Position numbers and translations under genes: made by a program
Assembly (NCBI GenBank): GCA_038087875.1
Contig: CM075997.1
Coordinates: 8,930,001-8,994,000 of the forward strand
Length of the DNA stretch: 64,000 nt
From: Malacoraja senta
Lineage: Eukaryota
Direction of reading: 5' to 3'
Notes under the pieces: generated by a model
Seen by the model: only the letters and a program-made list of their open reading frames with translations
Databases searched by the model: none
Told to the model about the DNA's origin: nothing
In this document: piece after piece, positions 1 through 13,537 of the stretch
Position numbering within the stretch: position 1 is the stretch's first letter
Layout: each line of letters starts with the position of its first letter

Positions 1-855
1 TGAGTGGGCAGATGCGTGGCAGATGCAGTATAATATAGATAAATGTGAGGTTATCCACTTTGGCGGAAAAAACAAGGGGGCAGATTATTATCTCAATGAG
101 GTTAGGTTATGTAAGGGGGAGGTGCAGTTAGACCTGGGTGTCCTTATACACCGGTCACTGAAAGTTGGCATGCAGGTACAGCAGGCAGTGAAGAAAGCTA
201 ATGCAATGTTGGCCTTCATAACAAGAGGATTTCAGTATAGGAGTAAAGAGGTTCTTCTGCATTTGTATAGGGCTCTGGTGAGACCACGTCTGGAGTATTG
301 TGTACAGTTTTGGTCTCCTAATTTGAGGAAGGGCATCCTTGTGATTGAGGCAGTGCAGCGTAAGTTCGCGAGATTGATCCCTGGGATGGCGGGACTGTCA
401 TATGATGAAAGATTGAAAAGGCTAGACTTGTATTCACTGGAGTTTAGAAGGATGAGGGGATATCTTATAGAAACATATAAAATTATAAAAGGACTGGACA
501 AGCTAGATGCAGGAAAAATGTTCCCAATGTTGGGCGAGTCCAGAACCAGGGGCCACAGTCTTAGAATAAAGGGGAGGTCATTTAAGACTGAGGTGAGAAA
601 AAACCTTTTCACCCAGAGAGTTGTGAATTTATGGAATTCCCTGCCACAGAGGGCAGTGGAGGCCAAATCACTGGATGGATTTAAAAGAGAGTTAGATAGA
701 GCTATAGGGGCTAGTGGAGTCAAGGGATATGGGGAGAAGGCAGGCACGGGTTATTGATAGGAAATGATCAGCCATGATCACAATGAATGGCGGTGCTGGC
801 TCGAAGGGCCGAATGGCCTCATCCTGCACCTATTTTCTTTGTTTCTATGTTTCTC
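1..855 (+). mobile_element. CR1 LINE 3' part (RT C-terminus, 3' UTR, tail)
   Basis: ORF 23-757 carries CR1 ORF2 C-terminal motifs ([44 protein letters not shown]); ends in a TTTCTATGT-type tail. Confidence 0.93.
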
Positions 856-857
856 TG

Positions 858-1499
858 TTTCATAACAAGAGCAGTTGAGTATTGGAGTACAGAGGTTCTT
901 CTGCAGTTGTATAGGGCTCTGGTGAGACCACATCTGGGGTATTTTGTACAGTTTTGGTCTCCTAATTTGAGGGTGGGCTTCCTTGTGACTGAGCCAGTGC
1001 AGCGTAGGTTCACGAGATTGATCCCTGGGATGGCGGGACTGTCATATGAGGAATGATTGAAAAGACTAGACTTGTATTCACTGGAGTTTAGAAGTATGAG
1101 GGGAGATCTCATAGAAACATATAAAATTTTAAAAGGATTGGACAAGCTAGATGCAGGAAAATTGTTCCCAATGTTGGGGGAGTCCAGAACCAGGGGCCAC
1201 ATTCTTAGAATAAAGGGAAGGTCATTTAAGACTGAGGTGAGAAAGAACTTTTTCACCCAGAGAGTAGTGAATTTATGGAATTCCCTGCCACAGAGGGCAG
1301 TGGAGGCCAAGTCATTGGATGGATTTAAGAGAGAGTTAGATAGAGCTCTAGGGGCTAGTGGAGTCAAGGGATATGGGGAGAAGGCAGGCACGGGTTATTG
1401 ATAGGGGACGATCAGCCATGATCACAATGAATGGCTGTGCTGGCTCGAAGGGCCGAAAGCCCTCCTCCTGCACTTAGTTTCTATGTTTCTATGTTTCTA
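858..1499 (+). mobile_element. 5'-truncated CR1 LINE, same subfamily, head-to-tail with the previous copy
   Basis: Near-identical to 214-855; in-frame stop near 1054; (TTTCTATG)n tail. Confidence 0.92.
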
Positions 1500-2295
1500 A
1501 CTGTCTCATCCTGAATACCACCAAGACCAAAGAGATGGATGTTAACTTTGGCAGGTCCAAGCTCCCGCTTCAGCCAGTTAACACTGCAGGGGTGGACATT
1601 GAGGTGGTGCAGAGATATAAATATCTGAGAGTGCACCTTGATAACAAACTGGACTGGTCAGTCAACACCGATGCCCTCTACAAAAAACGACAGAGCAGAC
1701 TATTTTTCCTCAGAAGGCTCAGATCCTTCAATGTGCGCAATGACATGCTGTACTTGATTTACTATACTGTGGTTGGAAGTGTCATTTTCTACGCTGTTTT
1801 CTGCTGGGGTAACAGTGTCAGGGCTAAAAACAGCAAGAAGTTCGACAAGCTGGTAAAACGAGCTAGCTCAGTGCTGGGGGGGAGAGTGGACTCTTGTGGT
1901 GGATGTGCTTGAGAGGCTTATGAGGAGCAAGGTCATCCTCGACAACTCCGGGAACCCCCTCCATGAAATTCTGGAGGGTCAAAAGATCACATGGAAGAAC
2001 AAACGACTCCTCTCCCTGCGCTGTAGAACGGAGCGGTTCAGGAGATACTTCACCCCTGTAGCCATTAGATTTTATATTACGACCACTTGGCTGCACGGGG
2101 ATGCGTGCATTTTAAATAGTTCATTATTGGGTCTTTTTAAGTATATATTGCTTTAAGGTATTGTCCATATTGTATTTTATGTATTTTTTGTCTGCTTTCG
2201 TTCTGAATGTGTGGGTTTTTGGTTGTTGGCTTCTGGACATCTGAATTTCCCTGAGGGGATCAATACATAATTTATTATTATCATTATTATTATTA
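1500..2295 (+). mobile_element. Rex1/Babar LINE 3' fragment
   Basis: LNTTKTKEMDVNF, YKYLRVHLDNKLDWS, QSRLFFLRRLRSFNV, RTERFRRYFTPVAIRFY; tail GAATTTCCCTGAGGGGATCAATA followed by (TTA)n. Confidence 0.85.
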
Positions 2296-2447
2296 ATCCA
2301 GCAACATTTCCACTAGTTAATGATACACATTTAATGATAATAATAAATTATGTATTAATAATAATAATAATAATTATTATTATTATTAATATTATTAATA
2401 CATAATTTATTATTATCGTTATAATTATTAATCCAGAAACATTTCCA
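2262..2447. repeat. AT-rich low-complexity tract with a ~50 bp local direct duplication
   Basis: AATACATAATTTATTATTATC...AATCCAG.AACATTTCCA occurs at ~2262-2312 and ~2397-2447. Confidence 0.7.
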
Positions 2448-2479
2448 TTTGCCGATCCTGGGTACATGGAATGAGCTGC

Positions 2480-3680
2480 CGGGAAATCGTGGATGCATTG
2501 ATGATCATTTCCCAATGTTCTCTAGATTCCGGATTAGTTCTGTACACTGGAGGGTAGCTGACGTAACCTCGCTTTTTATGAAAGGACGGAGAGAGAAAAC
2601 ATGGAATTGTCGACCATTTAGCCTGATATCGGTAGTGGGGAAGATGTTTGAGTCGAATATTAAAGATGTAAAGGCCCAGTTCTGGGACCCTAGTTACTCA
2701 CAATATATATTAATGATTTAGACGAACGAATTACATGTAACATGTCTAAGTTTGCGGATGACACAAAGTTGGGTCCAATGTGATCTCCAAGGAAGATGCT
2801 ATGAGGCTGCAGGGTGACTTGGATAATTTGGGTGAGTGCGCAGATGCATGGCAGATGCAGTATAATGGGATAAATGTGAGGTTATCCACTTTGGTGGCTA
2901 GAACAAGAAGGCAGTTTATTATCTGAATTGTGTCAGTTTGGGAGAAGGGGAGGTGCAGCGAGACCTGGGTGTCCGTGAATATCTCTCACTGAAAGTAAGC
3001 ATGCAAGTACAGCAGGCAGTGAAGAAATTAATGGCATGTTGGCCTTCAGAGCGAGAGGATTTGGGTATAGGAGGAAGGAGGTCCTATGGCAGTTGCACAT
3101 GGCCCTGGTGAGACCACACCTGGAATATTGTGTGCAGTTGCGCACTCTTAATTTGAGGAAGGTCATTGCTATTGAGGGGGTGCACCAAGTTAATTCTCGG
3201 GAGGCGGGAGTGAAATATGATTAAATAATTTTCACTCTGCTCATATTTACTGGAATTTAGAACCATGAGATGGGATCTTATTGAAACATATAAAATTCTT
3301 AAGGGATTGGGCGGGCTAGATTGAGGATTTTTTTCACTATGTTGGGGAATGCAGAACCGAGGGGTCACAGTTTGTGAATAAGGGGTAGGCGAATTAGGAC
3401 TGAGATGAGGACATATATTTTCATCCAGAAATTTGTGAATATGTGGAATTCTCTACAACAGTGGAGGATATATCTCTTTGTGCTAAGTGAATCTAGGGAT
3501 ATGTGGATGCTGGCTAGAAGGGCCGAATGCTTATAAAAAGAGGCAGGTACTACAAAACATGTTCAATATATGTGGACAGGTGCAGGGCCAGGAACTGTTT
3601 AGCGGGATATGGGGCAATCGCGGCAGGTGGGATTAGTGAGATTGGGAATCTTGGTCGGCATGGGCAAGGTGGATCGATGG
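2480..3680 (+). mobile_element. Degenerate CR1 fragments with internal deletions
   Basis: WRVADVTSLF..GRREK, KFADDTK, HMALVRPHLEYCVQ; many frameshifts; a second CR1-like 3' end at ~3540-3680. Confidence 0.8.
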
Positions 3681-4154
3681 ACCGGTTTCTATGCAGCAGA
3701 ATCGGTCAATCTAAATGCACTGCGCAGTATTAAAGCGGAAGGCAAGAAAAGATTATGCTCCAAGTCGTCGACAGAACACTGCTTCCTGCAGACCTCATCT
3801 AAATGCGCATCGTCTCTCCTCTATATCAAATTACGGTATTGTTCGGAATACAATCAGACATCGGTTGGCCGACCCCCAGCGGCAGAACCTGAACTGCTGC
3901 GCCGGTGCTGGGGTTGTTTCTCTAGTTCCTACAGTCAACACATTTATGTATCTATGTGTCTATGTGCTCAGTCTCACAATTTCTTATGCACGATAAGTTA
4001 TAAAACGTTTCCAATTTAAAGGTAACACGCGGAAATGTGTAGGTCATTCGCCCAACCGCGATCGCATCGATCAGCGATGCTATAGTGCTGTCCTACACAT
4101 TACAGACTGCATAGACAGGATCGAACCCGAGTATCTGGCGCTGCAAGGTAGCAG

Positions 4155-4370
<216 letters not shown>

Positions 4371-4903
4371 TGTGAATGTCTGGTGTTCACTGCCACTGAA
4401 AGCAGTGGAAGCCATTTCTCTGTATGATTTCAAAAGAGACTTAGATTTAGCTCTCAGGTTTAAAGGAATCAAGGGAGTTTCCAGCATTGCCAGAGTGAGC
4501 TTCACACACTTCATATTTCGCTTGGGCAGTGTACGACCTAAATATATTAACATAGAGAAAGTAAAACCGCTTAACGATAAAGAAAGGAATCTACGCATGG
4601 AGTAGGGGTGATGTAGGTGGAGTACTAAATAAATACTTTGCATGTGTATTCATCGATGTATTCAGTATTTGGAAAGCATTAGGATCAGTGCGGAGAACAC
4701 AAATGTGCTCGGAAAATTTCAGATAGAGAAAGAGTTTTTGCTGAGTCTCTGTAGAGCAGTAAGATCGATAAGAACCCAAGGCCTGATGTGATCTATCACA
4801 GATTATTGCTGGAGGGAAGGGAGGAGATTGCGATGGCGTTGACGAGGATCTTTTTTCTTTAGCACAAGAAAGGATTTGGAGGCACGGAGTTTGGCACACG
4901 TTT

Positions 4904-5190
4904 TTGCCCTCAATTAGGAAAGCAAGCAGAGAGAATAGTGGGAGCTATAGGCCGGTAAGCCTCACGTTCGTGGAAGAAAAACTATTGTTGAGAAATCTTC
5001 GAAGTACTTATTCCCATTTGGAGGAGAACGGCCTAATTCGCGTTAACAGCGCGGCTTTGTACTCGGTAGGTCGTGTCTCACTAACTTGAATGAGTTTTTT
5101 CGAGAAAGTGATACAAGAGCCCGGTGTCATTAGGAGTGGATGTCGTCTACATGGATTTTAGTAAGGGTTTTGACAAGGTCCTTCATCTGA
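4904..5190 (+). mobile_element. Old CR1 RT fragment
   Basis: GSYRPVSLT, SHLEENGLIR, remnants of VDVVYMDFSKGFDKV. Confidence 0.7.
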
Positions 5191-5207
5191 GGCCGAACAA
5201 CAAGAGT

Positions 5208-7918
5208 GACATATACATCCTATAGAAAAGGACAGGCAGGTGGGCAGAAGAGAGGGGGGGGGTAGATCTGCTGGTGAGGAATGGAATTCAGTCCCTTGCG
5301 AGGAAGACATAGGGACTGACGAGATAGAGTCACTGTGGATTGAGTTGAGGAAATATAAAGGCACGAACACACTAATTGGTGTTATCGACAGACCCCCAAA
5401 TAATAGCCCAGATGTAGTGTGTAAGTTGCAGCAGGAGTTAAAACTGGCATGTAACAAAGGTAATGCCACTATGGTGATGGGGGGTTTCAATATGCAGGTA
5501 GACTGGGAAAATCAGGTTCGTTCAGGACCTCAAGAAAGAGAGTTTGTAGAATGCCTATGAGATGGATTCTTAGAGCACCTTGTAATGGAGCCGACCAGAG
5601 AAAAGGCAATTCTGGATTTAGTGTTGTCCAATGAACCTGATATGATAGGAGAACTCGAGGTAAAGGAACCGCTTGAGAAGGAGAACGTTAAATCGGAAGT
5701 GGCAGTGATGCAGTTGAACAAATGGGACTATGAAGGCATGAAAGGGGAACTGCCCAAGGTAGACTGGAAAGGGGTCCTAGCAGGAATGGCGGTGGAACAG
5801 CAATGGCAGGAATTTCTGGGCATAATCCGGAAGACGCAGGATCATTTCATTCAAAAAAGGAAGAAAGATTGTAATAGTAGGAGGCAACCGTGGCTGACAA
5901 GAGAAGTTAGGGATAGAATAAAACTAAAAGAAAAGATGTATAACACAGCAAAGAGTAGCCGGAAGCCAGAAGATTGGGAAATATTCATAGGACAACAGAA
6001 GGAAACAAAACGGGCAATACGGGCTGAAAAGATGAAGTACGATGGGGAAGCTGGTCAGGAATATAAAGAAGGACAGTAAAAGCTTATTTAGATATGTTAA
6101 GGGAAAAAGAGTAGCAAAGTCATATGTGGCAGGCAGACACGGCTGAAATTATTATGGGCAACACGTAAATGGCAGAACAGTTCAATAGGTAATTCGGATC
6201 TGTCTTCACTAAGGAAGACACAAACAATCTCCCAGATGTACTGGAGGACAGAGGATCTAAGGGGGTAAGGGAACTGAAAGAAATTTTCATTAGGCGAGAA
6301 ATAGTATTGGGTAGGCTAATAGGACTGAAGGATGATAAATCCCCTGGACCTGATGGTCTGCATCCCAGGGTCCTCGGACGATGGCTCCAGAAGTAGTGGA
6401 CGCATTGGTGATCATTTTCCAATATTCACTAGATTCAGGATCAGTTCCTGTGGATTGGAGGATGGCTAATGTTATCGCACTTTTCAAAAAAGGAGCGAGA
6501 GAGAAAACGGGGAATTACAGACCAATTAGCGTGACTTCGGTGGTGGGAATGATGCTGGAGTCAATTATTAAATAGGTAATAATGGGGCATTTGGATAGCA
6601 GTAAAAGGATTAGTCCAAGACAACATGGATTTGTGAAAGGGAAATCATGCTTGAATAAACTTCTGGAATTTTTTGAGGATGTGACAAGTAAAATGGATGA
6701 AGGGGTGCTCGTTAATGTAGTGTATCTAGACTTTCAGAAAGCCTATGATAAGGTCCCGCACGGGAGACTGGTGACTAAAATTAGAGCACATGGTATTAGG
6801 CGTAGTGTGTTGACATGGATAGAAAATTGGTTGGCAGACGGGAAGCAAAGAGTAGGAGTGAACGGGTCCTTTTCAGAATGGCAGGCAGTGGCGAGTGGGG
6901 TGCCGCAAGGCTTGGTGTTGGGGCCGCAACTGTTTACCATATATATTAATGATTTGGAAGGGGGAATTAGGAGCAACACTAGCAACTTTGCGGATGACAC
7001 AAGGTTGGGTGGCAGTGTGAATTGTGAAGAGTATGTTAGGAGGTTGCAGGGTGACCTGGTCAGGTTGAGTGAGTGGGCAGATGCGAGGCAGATGCAGTAT
7101 AATATAGATAAATGTGAGGTTATCCACTTTGGCGGCAAAAACAAGGGGGCAGATTATTATCTCAAAGGGGTTACGTTAGGTAAGAGGGAGGTACAGCGAG
7201 ACCTGGGCGTCCTGGTACACCGGCCACTGAAAGGTGGCTTACAGGTACTGCAGGCAGTGAAGAAAGCTAATGGAATGTTGGCCTTCATAACAAGAGGATT
7301 CGGTATAGGAGTAAAGAGGTTCTTCTGCAGTTGTATAGGGGTCTGGTGGGACCACATCTAGATTATTGTGTACAGTTTTGATCTCCTAATTTGAGGAAGG
7401 ACTTCGTTGTGATTGAGGCAATGCAGCTTAGGTTCACGAGATTGATTCTGGGATGGCGGGACTGTCATCTGAGGACAGATCGAAAAGACTAGGCTTGTAT
7501 TCACTGGACTTTAGAAGGATGAGGGGGCATCTTATAGAAACATATAACATTATAAAAGTACTGGAAAAACTAGATGCATGAAAAATGTTCCCAATGTTGG
7601 GCGAGTCCAGAACCAGGGGCCGCAGTCTTAGAATAAAGGGGAGGTCATTTAAGACTGAGGTGAGAAAAATCATTTTCACGCAGAGTTCTGAATTTATGGA
7701 ATTCCCTGCCACAGAGGGCAGTGGAGGCCAAGTCACTGGATGGATTTAAGAGAGAGTTAGATAGAGCTCTATGGGCTAGTGGAGTCAAGGGTTATGGGTA
7801 GAAGGCAGGCACATGTTATTAATAGGGGACGATCAGCCATGATCACAATGAATGGCGGTGCTGGCTCGAAGGGCCGAATGCCCTGCTCCTGCACCTATTT
7901 TCTATGTTTCTATGTTTT
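5208..7918 (+). mobile_element. 5'-truncated CR1 LINE, ORF2 pseudogene (partial APE endonuclease and RT)
   Basis: ESLWIEL, ILDLVLSN, QHGFVKGKSC, GVPQGLVLGP, FADDT; frameshifts and stops; TTTCTATGT tail. Confidence 0.93.
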
Positions 7919-8664
7919 TATGAAGCGAAACGATATGAAGCATCGTGCTGTGAGAAACAGTACGTAATGTATTCGAAAACCTCGACATGTCCGGCAGCTT
8001 CTGTGGAGAACGAGATAAAAGATAGCTGCCTACTCGTTGACTTTGTGATGTAAATTTGTTTTCATTCACAATAACTACTGCTCGACCCGCTGATATTGTA
8101 CTTTTTTCAGACTTCTGGTACTTACCTTGTTTACGCTTCTGATTGGTTTTCGATAGGATGACGGTGAAACTGTCAGGAATACTCAAAGGCGTGTGTACGT
8201 GTTGTGGGGGGGGGGTGTATTTCGGCACTCGGCAATCCGTAAAATGTCTGGTCTACAATTTATTGGAAAAATAGACACGAAGAAGGCAGTTGTGGACGTT
8301 CTGTCAGCGTCTGTGAAGGCAGTGCACAGCTTTCTCAAAATCTCAGTATAAATATAACCCAGTCATGCGTGAGATACCGAGTGATTCAGTTTCACTATTT
8401 TAAGTCATACGGTCCTGCTGAATTTCACACGGTAACATGGTACAAGGACGCCCTACAAATCCATGCAGATTTTTATTCCTCAAGCTTTTTAAAGAAAGGT
8501 TTATCTTGTCTTTCGGAATTTCATCTGAAGGATTTTTTACACTGAGATTATCCTAGTACGATAGGGAGCAGCGTCATTCCAGCTGCCATCTTTGTGGACA
8601 GGTAATGAATTTGCTGTCCGCTCTGCAGCAAATTAAGATATGAACACGAGTATAAAAAATACCA

Positions 8665-10237
8665 GTGAGGGAAGTTAGTGTAGAAATAGCAGGGGCTATG
8701 ACAGAAATATTTCAAATGTCATTAGAAACGGGAATAGTGCCGGAGGATTGGCGTACTGCGCATGTTGTTCCGTTGTTTAAAAAGGGTTCGAAGAGTAAAC
8801 CTAGCAATTATAGACCTGTTAGTTTGACGTCAGTTGTGGGCAAATTAATGGAAAGGATACTTAAAGATAATATATATAAGCATCTGGATAAGCAGGGTCT
8901 GATTAGGAACAGTCAACATGGATTTGTGCCTGGAAGGTCATGCTTGACTAATATTCTTGAATTTTTCGAAGAGGTTACTAGGGAAATTGATGAGGGTAAA
9001 GCAGTGGATGTTGTCTATATGGACTTCAGTAAGGCCTGTGACAAGGTTCCTCATGGAAGGTTGGTTAAGAATATTCAATTGTTTGGTATTAATGGTGGAG
9101 TACCAAGATGGATTCAACAGTGGCTGAATGGGAGATGCCAGAGAGTAATGGTGGATGGCTGTTTGTCAGGTTGGAGGCCGGTGACGAGTGGGGTGCCTCA
9201 GGGGTCTGTTGGGTCCACTGTTGTTTGTCATGTACATCAAAGATCTGGATGAAGGTGTGGAAAATTGGATTAGTAAGTATGCAGATGATACTAAGATAGG
9301 TGGTGTTGTGGATAATGAAGTAGAATTTCAAAGTCTACAGAGAGATTTAGGCCATTTGGAAGAGTGGGCTGAAAGATGGCAGATGGAGTTTAATGCTGAC
9401 AAATGTGAGGTGCTACATCTCGGCAGGACAAATCAAAATAGGACGTACACGGTAAATGGTAGCGAATTGAGGAATGCAGTTGAACAGAGGGATCTAGGAA
9501 TAACTGTGCATAGTTCCCTGAAGGTGGAATCTCATGTAGATAGGGTGGTAAAGAAAGCTTTTGGTGTGCTGGCCTTTATAAATCAGAGCATTGAATATAG
9601 AAGTTGGGATGTAATGTTAAAATTGTACAAGGCATTGGTGAGGTCAATTCTGGAGTATGGAGTACAATTTTGGTCGCCTAATTATAGGAAGGATGTCAAC
9701 AAAATAGAGCGAGTACAGAGGAGATTTACTAGAATGTTGCCTGGGTTTCAGCAACTAAGTTACAAAGAAAGGTTGAACAAGTTAGGTCTTTATTCTTTGG
9801 AGCGCAGAAGGTTAAGAGGGGACTTGATAGAGGTCTTTAAAATTATGAGCGGGTTAGACAGAGTGGACGTGGATAAGCTTTTCCCAATGAGAGTAGGGAA
9901 GATTCAAACAAGAGGACATGACTTGAGAATTAAGGAACAGAAGTTTAGGGGGAACATTAGGGGGAACTTCTTTACTCAGAGAGTGGTAGCTGTGTGGAAT
10001 GAGCTTCCAGTGGAAGTGGTGGAGGCAGGTTCGATGTTATCCTTTAAAAATAGATTGGATAGGTATATGGACGGGAAAGGGATGGAGGGTTATGGTCTGA
10101 GTGCAGGTAGATGGGACTAGGAGGAAGTATTTATTTTTAATTAAAAAAAATTAAAAAAAATAAAAAAAATTCGGCACGGACTTGAAGGGCCGAGATGGCC
10201 TGTTTCCGTGCTGTTATGGTTATATGGTTATATGGTT
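8665..10237 (+). mobile_element. 5'-truncated CR1 LINE, second subfamily with (TATGGTTA)n tail
   Basis: RT in ORFs 8665-9252 and 9188-10120 separated by one frameshift; YADDTK; tail GTTATGGTTATATGGTTATATGGTT. Confidence 0.93.
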
Positions 10238-12070
10238 AACTCCCGGAGGCCACATGCTGTAGCAGGCCGCGGGACCTGGAGGGTTGCCTCAACCCTGTCC
10301 GGCAGAGGCACTGCTCCATGCCGTGTCACCCGATTCCCCAGGAAGTTGATGGCTTGGACGCCGAACTGGCACTTGCCAAGGTTAATTACGAGGCCATGGT
10401 CACTGAGGCGCTGAAAAAGTAGACGCAGTTAGGCGCACTTTTCCTTTCGCGAGCGACTTGCCACGAGGATGTCGTACATGTAGACAAACATGAAGTCGAG
10501 CCCGCGCCCCACGGTATTCATCGGGCGCTGAAATCCCTGCGCGCGTTCTTGAGGCCAAAGGGCATCCGCGAGAACTCGAACAACACGAACGGGGATATAT
10601 TTGCCGACTTGGGAACATCCTCCGATCGCATGGGGATCTGGTGATATCCCCGGACTAGGTCGATCTTGGAGAAGAACGTAGCCCCGGCCAGATGGGCTGA
10701 GAAGTCCTGTACGTGGGGAAAGGGGTAACGGTCAGCGGTCGTGCATCCGTTAAGGCGGCGTAGTCCACACACGGCCTCCAGCATGCCGGAAACCTTCGAC
10801 ACCATGTGCAGTGGGGAGCCCATGGGCTGTTGGAGCATCGAACGATTCCCATGCCCTCGATGCTTCGAAGCACCGCCTTGGATATGTGGAGCTTGTCGGG
10901 AGCGAGCCTGCAGGCGCATGCGTGGAACGGTGGACCCGATGTCAGAAGATGATGCATAACACCATGCCTCAGGCTGACCGAGCGGAAATTGTGGGTGACA
11001 ATGTCTGGAAACTCAGCCAGTACCTGTGCGTAGACATTATCAACCGTCGAAACGGGGTTGATGACCGGCGCGGTGGGCGCAGTAGAACGCTAGGAGATCT
11101 TCTCGAACGTTGACGTGTGGACGAGACGTTGTCCTCTTACGTCCACGAGGAGCGACTGCGCCCGCAAGAAATCTGCGCCCAGCAGCGGGTGGGCCACGTC
11201 CGCGATAACAAATGACAAGGTGAAATGGCACGTGCCGAATATGACGGGAGCCGTGCGGACGCAATATATGCAGATTGAACTGCCATTCGCAGCAGTTAAC
11301 GGGGGGGGGGCTCTTACCAGCACGAATGTCCAGTCCATATGGGGGTAACACGGTGACCTTCGCCCCGGTGTCCACCAAGTACCTGAGCGCCGAGCGCCGG
11401 TACCAGACATACAGGCGATGGATCCTGCCGGCCACCGCGGTGACCATCGGCGGCCGGCACTGGCGTTTCCCGGGAACGAACATGGCTGCCGGCATTGGCG
11501 GGCTGCTGAACCCCAACGTTCGTGGTAAAAACACCACATCCTTCTCCCTGGATTTGCTGGGTCCTGCTCACTCCAGTGCCACTTGTCTGTGGGCGTGGGA
11601 CTCTTGTGGGCGTGGTCCTCGGACGCTGGCCCCCCCAGGACGCTGAATCCTGCGATTCCAGGTACTGCTGGTCGGACAGCCACAGCTCGGCGGCGCGCGC
11701 CGCTAGCCTGATTGGATCCTCCAAATTCTCCTCCCAGAGCTGCCGACGGATGTTGCGCGGCAACTGCTGCAAGTAGGTGAATTCAAACAGCGGGCTAGGC
11801 TGGTGGTCGCCCATGAGCGTTAAAGGTCTGTCTCACTGTGCGAGTTGACCCACGAGTGAACCCGAGTGAAAGACTCGTGGTTGCGTACGAGACCACAATT
11901 TTATGATCCAGAGTTTAACCGAGTTCCCACGGGTATGTCTAAGTTTCCCGTTTACTTCTCATTTCTGCGATGTTCCAATTTCGTCTCCCGTGTGTACCAA
12001 GTTCCTCTCCCGTTAATCTTGAGGCAACAATGTATATCGAAGTGTTGAAAAATCATCACATGTTAAAAAA

Positions 12071-12382
12071 ATGATGTCATGCCAGCCAAAGAAGGTAGAG
12101 ACTATTGTGTTTGCTGCATGTGTTCTGCACAACCTGATCCGTATCCGAGGTGCAGCTTCAGGATCAGCAACAGCCATGCAGGACGGTGACTTAGTGGACA
12201 GTCAAACAGGGAGAATAACACTCGGTGCGTGGAGGAGTGGTACAAACGACGAGACTTTGGTGCCACTGCAGTGTTTTCGAGGTAACACGGGGACCAACAG
12301 TGCAAAAGAGCAGAGAGACCATATCTGCTCCTACTATAATTCAGAATTGGGCAGTGTGCCGTGGCAGGACAGCTTATTTTGA
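12071..12382 (+). pseudogene. Harbinger transposase C-terminal fragment
   Basis: IVFAACVLHNLIR ... RDHICSYYNSELGSVPWQ, typical C-terminus of HARBI1/ALP1-like transposases. Confidence 0.85.
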
Positions 12383-13537
12383 GCGGCTGCCGACCACAGG
12401 TACATCACTGCATGAGGAGAGCCCACATGCAGAAAAATCCAGTTAATTTCATGTTTAGTTTAAATCCTCATGAGTTTTCATTGTTTAACTTTAAGTGTGG
12501 ATTTTATTTTTTATTGTGGTGTAAAAGTAATTTCATTGCATCTGTCTTTCCTTTAAAACGTGGTTATCATGCATCTGCTTATCTGATTGTAGATCTCAAA
12601 ACTTGTCATTTAGCGCATTGCATTGTATCTTTTATTGCCTGAATTTAGACTAGTGTATTTCTCAGCCTAATTAGTATATAGTGGAAATACTTTTATTTGT
12701 GCTTCATTTGTTGATTTTCATGTATGAGAAGCCCTTTTTCAGACTGTGTTGTTTGCTGTGGTGCTACCTTTCTCAATATGCGCAAAAAAGCGTTTTTAAT
12801 ATTGAACAAGAATAAAGACTCTTTCACATTCAAGACATTTGTTTCACATAAGACTTTGTCTTATTTTCTGATCTACTGAGAGGTGACAATTTTAAACATT
12901 TTAAAAGCACAGCATATGAGGCAGCTGAGTCCTTAAATCTCACAAATGATTGTGAGAATCAAGATGTGAATATATTTTGCCTTCCTCTATTTTGTGTTTT
13001 ATGATGAAAGGAATATTACATTCAAGTCATGAGACTTTGTAGTGATATTAATCTGAAGACTTCCAGACATCAATTTGATCTTGATAGCAAAGAACTCTCT
13101 TTTATTGTGTAATGAAGTAAACAAACAGTGAGAATCAAACGGATCAGCAAAAAGCTTTTCAACACAACACAACACAACACAAATGTATACATAAACTTCA
13201 AGCAATTTTTTCTTTTCAACCCACTCTGTCACCTTATCAATAACTTGTTTAACTTTGTGACTTCCGGTGGCGCCATGTTGGACTAACAGACGTGCACCTA
13301 TTTATCGTGTAAAACGGGTCCAAAAATCGGGATTGTTTTCAAAAACCTTACCGGAGCTTCTGGTCGCCGCGCTGAAGACGTCATCACTAAGCGCGATGTT
13401 TTAAACGGTGGTTTGAAGCCCTTTAAATGAGTAAACTGTCTCCAGCTGTGAGCCCTCAGACAACAGTGAAAAAGCTGCTGAAAGACCAGAAGAAGTCTGA
13501 AGCAGAAGTTACCTCTTAAGTCTCTGAAGTCTCTGAA

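Noticed and set aside
232..1391. Antisense ORFs MPAFSPYPLTPLAP.. (and similar at 6743-7144, 21429-21833)
   Set aside because: Shadow frames opposite CR1 ORF2 that recur with each CR1 copy
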